Shown piece after piece: positions 1-7,957 of a stretch of 42,411 nucleotides of DNA. Where the stretch lies: the NCBI GenBank assembly GCA_024763085.1, contig JANTGE010000002.1, positions 1-42,411 of the forward strand. The letters run 5' to 3'. Every line of letters starts with the position of its first letter. Within the stretch, counting starts at the first letter, position 1. The translations under genes were made by a program, and so were the position numbers. This stretch comes from Acidimicrobiia bacterium (GTDB taxonomy: Bacteria > Actinomycetota > Acidimicrobiia > Spongiisociales > UBA4744). Under the pieces are notes generated by a model, which saw only the letters and a program-made list of their open reading frames with translations, ran no database searches and was not told the origin of the DNA.

Positions 1-1
1 T

Positions 2-679
2 CGGGAACGGCGGATCGCGGACCTACGGGCCGAGCAGGCGGCGATCGAAGAACGGATCAGCCAGATCGCCGAGGAGATCGACAACCTCTGGATCGGTCAC
101 ACGCTGCTCGTGGAAGACGCCGTTCGCCGCATCGAGCGGGAACACCCTGAAGGGTGGTCGCCTCGTCCGGTGCTCGGCTACCGGTGGTGGGACCTGCGAC
201 CGGAAGGCCTGTTCGGGGTCGTGGTGAGGTGGGAGCAGCCGGAGCTGTCGGCGACGTGTCGTGCCAATGGCGTCGAGGACGACGAGGTTCCGCATACGGA
301 CGGCCGGTGCGGACATCCGCCGTGCGGCATCTACGCGTCCAAGCAGGTGCACCGCCTCCTCTCCGAATTCGCGGCGGGCGTGCCCTACGGGTTCGCCATC
401 GGGCTGGTGGAGATGTCGGGGAAGGTGGTGGAGCATGAGCACGGATACCGTGCAGCCAGCGCCCGGGTGGTCGCTCTGGCGGTCTCCGGAGCCGCCAACA
501 CCGTGCTGACCGACGATCCGGAACTCATCGGGCGCATCTTCGCCGAACCCTGGGTGATCCGAAGCTTCCCCGAGCGCCGGCCGTCGACCTGGCAGGAGAT
601 TCACGACGAGGTCGAACAGTACCTCATGGACCAAGCATGGAGGAGGAGCCAATGGACATTGGCAAGCCAGAACGAGTGA
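2..679 (+). CDS. Hypothetical protein, 5'-partial (open to window edge); coiled-coil N-terminus and Cys/His-containing C-terminal domain
   Basis: The frame of track ORF 110..679 stays open back to nt 2 (RERRIADLRAEQAAIEERISQIAEEIDNLW...), so the GTG at 110 is probably internal. Codon usage looks coding. No family recognised by eye (motifs CGHPPCGIYASK and VEHEHGYRA). Confidence 0.6.
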   Translation, partial: RERRIADLRAEQAAIEERISQIAEEIDNLWIGHTLLVEDAVRRIEREHPEGWSPRPVLGYRWWDLRPEGLFGVVVRWEQPELSATCRANGVEDDEVPHTDGRCGHPPCGIYASKQVHRLLSEFAAGVPYGFAIGLVEMSGKVVEHEHGYRAASARVVALAVSGAANTVLTDDPELIGRIFAEPWVIRSFPERRPSTWQEIHDEVEQYLMDQAWRRSQWTLASQNE

Positions 680-813
680 TCATCGTCGAGCCCCTGGAGA
701 GCCCGATGCCGGAACCTTCGGTGCCGGCATCCGAACCTGCGGTGGAACCCGAACCGGTCGAGTCTGATCCGGCCTACGCACCTGCCGAACCAGAGTCGCA
801 GACGCAGCCGTAG
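652..813 (+). CDS. Possible small Pro/Glu-rich protein (53 aa), too short for the ORF track
   Basis: ATG at 652 is preceded by GGAGGAGGAG (639-648). It translates to MDIGKPERVIIVEPLESPMPEPSVPASEPAVEPEPVESDPAYAPAEPESQTQP and stops at TAG 811-813. It overlaps the upstream ORF end by 28 nt. GC3 is only about 68% by my count, so coding status is uncertain. Confidence 0.35.
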   Translation: MDIGKPERVIIVEPLESPMPEPSVPASEPAVEPEPVESDPAYAPAEPESQTQP

Positions 814-819
814 GTGTGC

Positions 820-1647
820 TCAGAGGCCCGACAGGATGAGGACCGCGATCCCGGCGGCGGCGACCAGGGCACCGGCGGTGCGACGCCGGCCGAGGGGCTC
901 CCGGAGGAGCAGCCAGCCGCCCAGGGCGCCGAGCACGATCGACGACTCCCGCAGCGTGGCTACGTAGGCGACCGGCGCCAGCCGCACCGCCATCAGCACG
1001 AGGGCATAGGCGCCAAGCGACGCCACACCGGCAAACAGGTGGCGCAGTGGCGCCGCCCGCACCGCCGTCGCCACGCCTGGCCATCCGCGGGTCGCCACCA
1101 CCGGCACGGTGAGCATCGCGCCGGAGACGGCCAGGAGGACGATCACATACGAGACCGGATTGCCTCCGGCCCGCACACCGGCGGTGTCGATGAGGGTGTA
1201 GGAGGTGATGATGGCGGCGGTGGCGAGAGCCCAGCCAATGCCTCGTCCGGCGGCGCGACCGATGAGGAGCAGTCCCGCGACGGCGATGGCGACGCCGGCG
1301 TAGCCGATCGCCGGCAGCGCATCGGAAAGGAACAGCACACCGCCGATGGCCGTCAGTAGTGGGGCGGCGCCGCGCGCGATCGGATAGACGACCGACAGGT
1401 CGGCGCGGTCATAGGCGCCGGCGAGTACCAGGGCGTAGCCGAGGTGGATGAAGACCGACACCGAGAGGAACGGGATGGCGGCCCTGCCGGGCAGCCCGAG
1501 AACGACGAGGAGGGGCAGGGCAACGACCGCCCCGAACAAGCCCTGCGCCCACATGGCGACGAGCCGGTCGCCGCTGGCCTTGACGACCAGGTTCCACGAG
1601 GCATGCAGGACCGCTGCAGCGAGCGCAAGGGCAGTGGCGGTGAGCAC
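820..1647 (-). CDS. DMT superfamily (EamA-like) transporter
   Basis: 275 aa with about 10 hydrophobic segments. The N-terminus (AAVLHASWNLVVKASG) and a two-fold repeat architecture are typical of EamA/DMT permeases. GTG start. Confidence 0.85.
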   Translation of the reverse strand: MLTATALALAAAVLHASWNLVVKASGDRLVAMWAQGLFGAVVALPLLVVLGLPGRAAIPFLSVSVFIHLGYALVLAGAYDRADLSVVYPIARGAAPLLTAIGGVLFLSDALPAIGYAGVAIAVAGLLLIGRAAGRGIGWALATAAIITSYTLIDTAGVRAGGNPVSYVIVLLAVSGAMLTVPVVATRGWPGVATAVRAAPLRHLFAGVASLGAYALVLMAVRLAPVAYVATLRESSIVLGALGGWLLLREPLGRRRTAGALVAAAGIAVLILSGL

Positions 1648-1690
1648 AGGCAGAGGCTAGAAGCGTCTCGCCACAGGTGTGTACGCGTGT

Positions 1691-1714
1691 GTGCGGGGCC
1701 CGAAGGCCCCGCAC
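1691..1714 (-). terminator. GC-rich hairpin (I-shaped terminator candidate) downstream of the PepSY gene
   Basis: Perfect 10-bp stem GTGCGGGGCC / GGCCCCGCAC with loop CGAA, about 33 nt past the stop at 1747. No U-tract. Confidence 0.5.
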
Positions 1715-1746
1715 ATGGCCGGAAAGGGGAAGTGTGAGTGCCAGGG

Positions 1747-2346
1747 TTAGTCCTCGCCTGCCTCCTCTCCGCCTTCGTCGGCGCCGCCTGCTTCCTGGTG
1801 GAGGACCGTGCCGTTTCCGGCATCGACCTTCACGTCGGCAGAAGCGCCGGCATCATTGGTGATCTCGACCGAGTAAACGATGTTTCCGTTCTCGTTGTCG
1901 AGCTCGACCTTCTGGACCGTTCCGGGAAACGCAGCCAGGGCTGCGTCCTGAGCAGCTTGCTCACCGATGAGGCCGGGCGTCGAAGCCAGGGCCTTGGCCT
2001 CGGCAGCTTCGTCGTCCTTGGTCTCGGTGCCACTGTCGGTTCCTTGAGGAGCCGTGATACTCGAGCTGTACGACGGGGACTGCTCGTCGGTGCCCTGGTC
2101 GGTGCCGTCTTCCTTGCCGTCCTCTTTGCCGGGAGCTTCGGTTGCGTCGTCGGCTTCCGACTGCGACTCGAATTGGGTCGTGTCGTTGTCCGGCGGTGCC
2201 ACCTGCTGTGTCTCCTGCTGCACGGTGGCGGGTGCCTGCGCCGGCGCCGACTGGGAAGTCTGGGCGATGGCGGCCGTGCCGACGCTAAGGGCGGCAAGGG
2301 CACCGGCCAGGAGAGCGGCAAGGGTCATTTTCTTCTTCGTAGTCAA
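1747..2346 (-). CDS. Secreted PepSY domain-containing protein with acidic low-complexity linker
   Basis: Signal peptide MTTKKKMTLAALLAGALAALSVGTAAIA. The C-terminal block AALAAFPGTVQKVELDNENGNIVYSVEITNDAGASADVKVDAGNGTVL fits the PepSY fold signature. Divergent from the two-component system. Confidence 0.8.
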   Translation of the reverse strand: MTTKKKMTLAALLAGALAALSVGTAAIAQTSQSAPAQAPATVQQETQQVAPPDNDTTQFESQSEADDATEAPGKEDGKEDGTDQGTDEQSPSYSSSITAPQGTDSGTETKDDEAAEAKALASTPGLIGEQAAQDAALAAFPGTVQKVELDNENGNIVYSVEITNDAGASADVKVDAGNGTVLHQEAGGADEGGEEAGED

Positions 2347-2397
2347 GCTCTTCCTCCTTTCATGAATCGAGCTTGTCCGCAGTGTGTCACGGGGTCT

Positions 2398-2487
2398 CTG
2401 AGAGGACCCTGAAACACCCTGAGAGTGTGCTGAGGACGGTCCGGGACCAGGAAGTGGGAAGATTCTCAGGAAACACTCAGGAATCAG
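2398..2487. promoter_or_regulatory. Helically phased CTGAG-type repeats in the divergent pepSY / response-regulator promoter region (candidate OmpR-family binding sites)
   Basis: CTGA starts at 2398, 2409, 2419 and 2430 (spacing 11, 10, 11 nt; CTGAGAG, CTGAAAC, CTGAGAG, CTGAGGA). In the opposite orientation CTCAGGAA occurs twice, at 2465 and 2476 (11-nt period), plus TCAG at 2484. Confidence 0.35.
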
Positions 2488-2504
2488 TCGGTACGCTCCC
2501 TGGT

Positions 2505-3191
2505 ATGAGACTGCTTGTCGTTGAAGACGAGGTGAAGTTGGCCGCGTACGTGAAGCGGGGCCTCGAAGCCGACGGCCACGCCGTGGACGTAGCCCACGAC
2601 GGTGAAGAGGGCCTCTGGTTTGCCCGTAACCAACCGTATGACGTGATCATCCTGGACATCATGCTTCCTCGCCGTAACGGCTATCAGGTGTGCGCAGATC
2701 TGCGGGCCGAAGGGAACTGGACGCCGGTCCTCATGCTGACTGCAAAAGACGGTGAGTATGACATCGCCGAGGCGCTCGACACGGGAGCCGACGACTACCT
2801 GACCAAGCCGTTCTCATTCGTGGTGCTGTCGGCCCGCATCAGGGCGCTGGCACGACGGGGAAACTCTGCCCGGCCTGCCGTGCTCGCCGTGGGCGATCTG
2901 AAGCTGGACCCGGCTGCGCACACCTGCGAACGGGCGGGTGAGCCGATTGCGCTGACGCCGAAGGAGTTTTCCTTGCTGGAGTACCTCATGCGGCATCCTG
3001 GAGAGGTGCTCTCCAAGATGGACATCCTGAACGCGGTGTGGGATTGGACCTTCGAGGGCGACAGCAACGTCGTCGAGGTGTACATCGGGTATCTACGGAA
3101 GAAGATCGACGCACCGTTCGGCCGAACGTCGATCGAAACGGTGCGAGGCGTCGGGTATCGGATCGTCCCGGATGGCGGTAAGCGTGCGTAG
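2505..3191 (+). CDS. OmpR/PhoB-family response regulator (receiver + winged-helix DNA-binding domain)
   Basis: MRLLVVEDEVKLAAYVKRGLEADGH...DVIILDIMLPRRNGY...LMLTAKD, with C-terminal LTPKEFSLLEYLMRHPGEVLSK...VEVYIGYLRKKID...TVRGVGYR. ATG at 2505 chosen over the longer track ORF (2373). Confidence 0.95.
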   Translation: MRLLVVEDEVKLAAYVKRGLEADGHAVDVAHDGEEGLWFARNQPYDVIILDIMLPRRNGYQVCADLRAEGNWTPVLMLTAKDGEYDIAEALDTGADDYLTKPFSFVVLSARIRALARRGNSARPAVLAVGDLKLDPAAHTCERAGEPIALTPKEFSLLEYLMRHPGEVLSKMDILNAVWDWTFEGDSNVVEVYIGYLRKKIDAPFGRTSIETVRGVGYRIVPDGGKRA

Positions 3192-4572
3192 ACGAGCTCA
3201 CCTGCCGGGAGGGGTCCGCGCCAGGGCTTCTCTGGTGGCCGCCGTCGTAGTCACCGCCGCCCTTGTGGGCAGCGCGTTCGTCATGGTCGCGCTCACGCGC
3301 TCCAACCTGACCAAGTCCTTGGAGACCGTTCTAGCGTCCCGGGTGCAGGACTTGGCGAGCCTGGCGGAGGCCGGCGGAACACTTCCGACGCTTCCGTTCG
3401 TTCGTGGGACATCGGCGCAGATTCTCGATGGGGAAGGATCGGTGATTGCGTCGACCCCCGACATCGAGGGACAGGTGGCGCTTGTGAATGTGACTGTCCC
3501 CTCGGGCGAGGTGCGCCTGCTCCGGCTACCGGGCCTCGGTGGCGGCGACCAGCAGGAACAAGGTGAGCATGCCGACGAGGAGGGACCGTTTTTGGTGGCC
3601 GTGGGCGGGGTAGAGCGCGGCGATGAGCTCCTCCAGGTTGTGGTTGCCGGCTCTCTAGCACCAGTTGAGGGCGTGGTAACGGCACTGGAACCTGTCCTTG
3701 CGGTGGGTATCCCGCTGCTCGTGCTGGTCGTTGCCGGTATGACCTGGATGCTGGTGGGTTTCTCGCTGCGTCCAGTCGAAGAAATGATCACCGAAGCCGA
3801 GGGGATCTCGCTCTCGAAGCTCAACCGACGTATTCCCGTACCTCGGAGCCGAGACGAGATTCGACACCTGGCAGACACACTCAACAACATGCTCGACCGG
3901 CTCGAAGTGTCGGTGAACCGTCAACGGCGCTTCATCTCCGACGCCTCGCATGAACTGAAGAGCCCAGTTGCATCGATTCTCACCATGGCCGAGGTGGCAG
4001 GGAGCGTCCCGGAGGACTTCGACGTCGGCGAGTTGGCCGGCGATGTTGCGGGAGAAGCCCGGCGACTGGCCTTGCTCGTCGACGATCTGCTCACGCTTGC
4101 CCGTTTCGATGAGCGGGGACTGGAGCTCAAGACCGCCCGGTTGGATCTTGTCGAGGTTGTCTCTGAGGCTGTAGACGGGACGCCTTCCGGGGCGATTCAG
4201 ATCGACACAACGGGGCTCACCGAGGCGTTCGCTAGCGTCGACCGTCGCCGACTCACGCAAGTAGCGCGCAATCTGCTCGACAACGCGGTTCGTCATGCCG
4301 AGTCGTCGGTCTGGGTTGCCAGCGGTACGTCGGAGTCGTCGGCATGGTTCGTTGTCGCCGACGATGGCCCGGGCATCCCCGGCGCATTTCGCACCGAGGT
4401 GTTCAACCGATTCGTGCGACTCGACGACGCTCGTGCCCGTAGCGAAGGAGGGACGGGGCTTGGGCTCGCCGTCGTAAAAGCCATCGTCGAGGCCCATGGA
4501 GGCACGGTGCGTATCGTCGACGACAGCCGGTATTCGGGAGCTGTGTTCCGGGTCGAGATCCCAACTGGATGA
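3172..4572 (+). CDS. Sensor histidine kinase (TM - extracytoplasmic loop - TM - HAMP - HisKA - HATPase_c)
   Basis: H-box FISDASHELKSPVASI, N-box LLDNAVRHA, G-boxes DDGPGIP and GGTGLGLAVVKAIVEAHGG. Overlaps the regulator gene by 20 nt. Confidence 0.95.
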   Translation: MAVSVRRRAHLPGGVRARASLVAAVVVTAALVGSAFVMVALTRSNLTKSLETVLASRVQDLASLAEAGGTLPTLPFVRGTSAQILDGEGSVIASTPDIEGQVALVNVTVPSGEVRLLRLPGLGGGDQQEQGEHADEEGPFLVAVGGVERGDELLQVVVAGSLAPVEGVVTALEPVLAVGIPLLVLVVAGMTWMLVGFSLRPVEEMITEAEGISLSKLNRRIPVPRSRDEIRHLADTLNNMLDRLEVSVNRQRRFISDASHELKSPVASILTMAEVAGSVPEDFDVGELAGDVAGEARRLALLVDDLLTLARFDERGLELKTARLDLVEVVSEAVDGTPSGAIQIDTTGLTEAFASVDRRRLTQVARNLLDNAVRHAESSVWVASGTSESSAWFVVADDGPGIPGAFRTEVFNRFVRLDDARARSEGGTGLGLAVVKAIVEAHGGTVRIVDDSRYSGAVFRVEIPTG

Positions 4573-6275
4573 GGGGGAGAGTGCGGGTCATGCCAGGGGC
4601 GGTATCGCCGACGCATGTGCGGCGTAGACAGTGGCAACGCCGGGTGGGAGCCGCCCTGGCGGCGATTGCCGGCCTCGTAGATCTGGTAGGCGCCTTCGCT
4701 CCTTATCGGCTCGCAGGGTTCGGTCAAAGGGAGCTGCTCACCCCAACGCTGCAATCGGGGACTCGGCCGCTGCTGATCATTGCCGGCGTCGCGCTGCTGC
4801 TGGTGGGGCGGGCGTTGCTGCGAGGATCGAGGTCGGCCTGGTTGGTTGCGTTGCTGGCTGCCTCGGCGTCTTCGCTTTTTGACGTCCGGAAGGACCTTGA
4901 CGCCTCGGTGTGGCTAGGTATGGCCGCCTTCGCGGTCTATCTGGCAGTCACCAGGCCGGCGTTTGCGATGCGAGTTCGCACCAAGCGGCTGATGTGGCTG
5001 CTTCCCGCATCGGTCGGTGGGCTCGTGGTCTTCGGGGTATCGGTCTGGCCGGAGGTGTTCGAAGGTGGGCCGCCGCTGGGGACTCGCGTGGTGCAGACGC
5101 TTGAGACGGCGTTTCTGTTTCATCCCCCGGTGGGTGCCGGGACCCAGGAAGCCCGGATCTTCGTGAGTTCCCTGGAGATCGCCGGAGCAGCGACCTTCCT
5201 GCTTGCTCTGTTGAGTCTGGCCGTACCGCTCGCAGCGACGCTGTCTACGAGGTCGCGGGCATCCATCGCGCAGTTCGTCACAAGGTTTGGCACGACTTCA
5301 ATGGCCCCGTTGACCACTGTCGCTGGAAACCGCGTCGTTGAGCTGCTGGATGGACGGGCGCTGGTGGGGTTGCAGGTCCATGGTGGTGTGGCGGTGACCG
5401 TTGGTCCACCAATCTGCGAGGAGCCTGAGGAGGAAGAAGAGGCGCTGGCAGAACTCCTGGCCAGGTGCGAACGCCACGGCTGGACGCCTGCCCTGGTTGG
5501 CCTCGATCAAGCCTCGGCCGAACGAGCACGGAGTGCCGGACTGGAAGTCATGACGATCGGACATGAGGCGATCATCGACGTGTCCGAGTTCACTTTGTCG
5601 GGTAGTCGGATGGCCAATGTTCGCCACTCTGCCGGCCGTGCCCGCCGAGAGGGCGTTGAGGTCATTCGGTATACGCCAGACACTCGATCCCCTAGGTTCG
5701 ATCGAGCTATCCAAGCCATCAACGAAGCGTGGATCGAGAGCAAGCATGGTCCTGAGATGGGGTTCACGCTGGGTAGCTTGGAACTGGATCGGATCGACAC
5801 GGTGGAGGCTTTCGTGGCGGTCGCCGGCGGTGAGCCCGTCGCTCTCGTCACCTGGCTTCCCTATCAGGACGGTGATGCAGCCGTGCTCGATCTGATGCGA
5901 CGAGCTCCTGAGGCGCCTCCCGGCACGATGGAGTTGCTTATCGCCGAAAGTATCCGTCGCTTTGTCGAAGAAGGCCGGGCGATCGCGAGCCTCTCCAGTG
6001 TCCCCCTGGTGCAGTTGGGGGATGAAGGCGATGGCGTAGAGCGCTTGCTGGGATGGATGTATCAGCATGCCGACGCTCTCTACCAAGCAAAAGGTCTGTT
6101 CTCCTTCAAAGACAAATTCAATCCCCGTTGGGAGCCGACCTTCCTCGGTCACGTGGCCAGGACGGATCTGCCGAGGATCGGGTTTGCCATCGTGAAGGCG
6201 TACGTCGGGGGATCCCTGGTGTCTGAGCTGCTGGGCAGCGTGGGATCCTTGCTGAAGAAACGTTCGCAGCCATGA
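4569..6275 (+). CDS. MprF-like membrane protein with C-terminal DUF2156 / lysyl-phosphatidylglycerol synthase-type domain
   Basis: N-terminal half has multiple TM helices. The C-terminal half (MGFTLGSLELDR...AAVLDLMRRAPEAPPGTMELLIAESIRRF...LYQAKGLFSFKDKFNPRWEPTFL) matches the aminoacyl-PG synthase C-domain by eye. ATGA overlap with the kinase stop. Confidence 0.85.
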   Translation: MRGRVRVMPGAVSPTHVRRRQWQRRVGAALAAIAGLVDLVGAFAPYRLAGFGQRELLTPTLQSGTRPLLIIAGVALLLVGRALLRGSRSAWLVALLAASASSLFDVRKDLDASVWLGMAAFAVYLAVTRPAFAMRVRTKRLMWLLPASVGGLVVFGVSVWPEVFEGGPPLGTRVVQTLETAFLFHPPVGAGTQEARIFVSSLEIAGAATFLLALLSLAVPLAATLSTRSRASIAQFVTRFGTTSMAPLTTVAGNRVVELLDGRALVGLQVHGGVAVTVGPPICEEPEEEEEALAELLARCERHGWTPALVGLDQASAERARSAGLEVMTIGHEAIIDVSEFTLSGSRMANVRHSAGRARREGVEVIRYTPDTRSPRFDRAIQAINEAWIESKHGPEMGFTLGSLELDRIDTVEAFVAVAGGEPVALVTWLPYQDGDAAVLDLMRRAPEAPPGTMELLIAESIRRFVEEGRAIASLSSVPLVQLGDEGDGVERLLGWMYQHADALYQAKGLFSFKDKFNPRWEPTFLGHVARTDLPRIGFAIVKAYVGGSLVSELLGSVGSLLKKRSQP

Positions 6276-6994
6276 AAGATCGAGTCGCCGCTGCCGTTGC
6301 GGAAGCGCTGCGCCGGTATCGGTTCGTTCGGTCGTGTTCCTCATCGGCGGTGACGGTTCCCTTCGTCGCGTTGAGTACCGCTGCCGCAATCCTGATCCTT
6401 GCTTTCGTCACGCGGCCATTCTTCGGCTCCATACCGGCGGAGACATACGCCCGCTTCGGGTGGTCGGGCGCCGCGGTCATGGAAGGTGAATGGTGGCGCC
6501 TCTTCAGCGCGACGCTGCTGACACGAGACGCCTACATGACCATCTCGATGGTCTTCTGGCTGCTCCTTGCCGTCGGCTTCTATGAGCGAATGTCGGGGTC
6601 TCTTCGCGCCCTCGTGGTGTCCTTCGGGGGCTCCGTCCTGGGCTACGCGGGAGTCACGTTCTTTCTATGGCTGTCGGAACCGCTTGGGTCTTCATTTCTC
6701 GAGAGGACGGCCCGCGGGCTCGATGTCGGGTTCTCTGCAGGGGTGGCCGCCTGCTTTGCTGCGCTTGTGGTCGCACTCGACTATCGGCCCGCGGACGGGG
6801 CACTTGCCGCTGTGGCAGTCGGCGGACTGCTGTTCCACCACCAGGTTGCCGACTGGGAACATGTGATCTCGGTGGTGGTCGCCTACGCGATGTTGCGTAG
6901 GGTCGGCCCCAGGTTCTCAGAACTACGGCCGGTATCGCACCCTGAGGGCGGGTCGGCTCCGGCAGACCCACACGAGAGCGATTCCGAGCAGTAA
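6272..6994 (+). CDS. Rhomboid-like polytopic membrane protein (possibly catalytically degenerate)
   Basis: GEWWRLFSATLL resembles the rhomboid WR/TM2 block, GFSAGVAA resembles the GxSG Ser motif, and later His residues occur (LLFHHQ). The usual HxxxN of TM2 is not visible. ATGA overlap with the upstream gene. Confidence 0.55.
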   Translation: MKDRVAAAVAEALRRYRFVRSCSSSAVTVPFVALSTAAAILILAFVTRPFFGSIPAETYARFGWSGAAVMEGEWWRLFSATLLTRDAYMTISMVFWLLLAVGFYERMSGSLRALVVSFGGSVLGYAGVTFFLWLSEPLGSSFLERTARGLDVGFSAGVAACFAALVVALDYRPADGALAAVAVGGLLFHHQVADWEHVISVVVAYAMLRRVGPRFSELRPVSHPEGGSAPADPHESDSEQ

Positions 6995-7329
6995 CGGGGT
7001 CGTACGGCAGGTGAAACCCCGCGTGCGGTCAGTGTCGGGAGACAGGGGTGAAGACGGAAGAAACCCAACCAGGAGGAGTTTCTGGCTCAAGCCGATCATC
7101 GGCCAGCGTCGACGATCCACGTGCCAGAACAGGAGGCAGAGGCTGGGCGCAAGGGCGAGCGACGCTGCGACATGGCCGCTCGGTCAGATGAATGATCCCA
7201 CGATCCCACCGCCGCTTGGCCGAACGGAGGCCGTTGCCGGCGTCCAGGCGCGGACCTACCGACGAGGCCACGTATCGACAGGAACGCTTCTCAGCTTCCT
7301 CTCAGGGCCGGGCCTGTACCGTGCCGGCG

Positions 7330-7842
7330 ATGAACGAAGGCACTCTCACTCCAATACACGCCACTCCACGACACGGCCCAGGGCGGCGGCCGTTGAGGAG
7401 TCTGCTCGTGGATGTGACCGCCGGCGCGCTCTTTCTTGTCGCCTTCAATGCAGAGTGGACCGGCGGTACGCTCCACGAATGGGTCGGCCTTACCGGGATC
7501 GTGGTGATGGTCGTCCACCTGCTTCGCCACTCGAAGTGGCTACGAGGCGTCGGTAGGCGGATGCTCGGTAGTCGCCTCGCTACGCAGTCATTGGTGAGGC
7601 TGTTGCTGGCAGTCGGACTGTTCGCGTCGCTCGTCACTCTCTTGTGGAGCGGCTTGGCTCTCTCGAACTCTGTAGCCGGAGTTGTCGGGATAGGAGGAGG
7701 AGGGGGCGAGGGATGGAAGACGGTGCACGAGACGGCAGCCAATGCAGCGGGCATCTTGATCATTGTCCATGTCATCCTCCATCAACGCTGGCTTCGCGCC
7801 GTCGCGAGGCAGCTCGGGGCCGCTCCCGAAAGCCGTACGTAG
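7330..7842 (+). CDS. DUF4405-like integral membrane protein (His-rich TM helices)
   Basis: TLHEWVGLTGIVVMVVHLLRHSKWL ... VHETAANAAGILIIVHVILHQRWL pattern with 4 TM segments. ATG 7330 preferred over the Arg-rich extension from 7192; start uncertain. Confidence 0.5.
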   Translation: MNEGTLTPIHATPRHGPGRRPLRSLLVDVTAGALFLVAFNAEWTGGTLHEWVGLTGIVVMVVHLLRHSKWLRGVGRRMLGSRLATQSLVRLLLAVGLFASLVTLLWSGLALSNSVAGVVGIGGGGGEGWKTVHETAANAAGILIIVHVILHQRWLRAVARQLGAAPESRT

Positions 7843-7957
7843 TCTCCTCTCCGAGACCGGGGCCTGTCGAGCCACTGACCGACGCGTTACCTGCGGACCT
7901 CGATCTGTGTGTGACGGAGCGATCTGGCGGCATGGGACTTCGGGCCGGGCGGTGATC

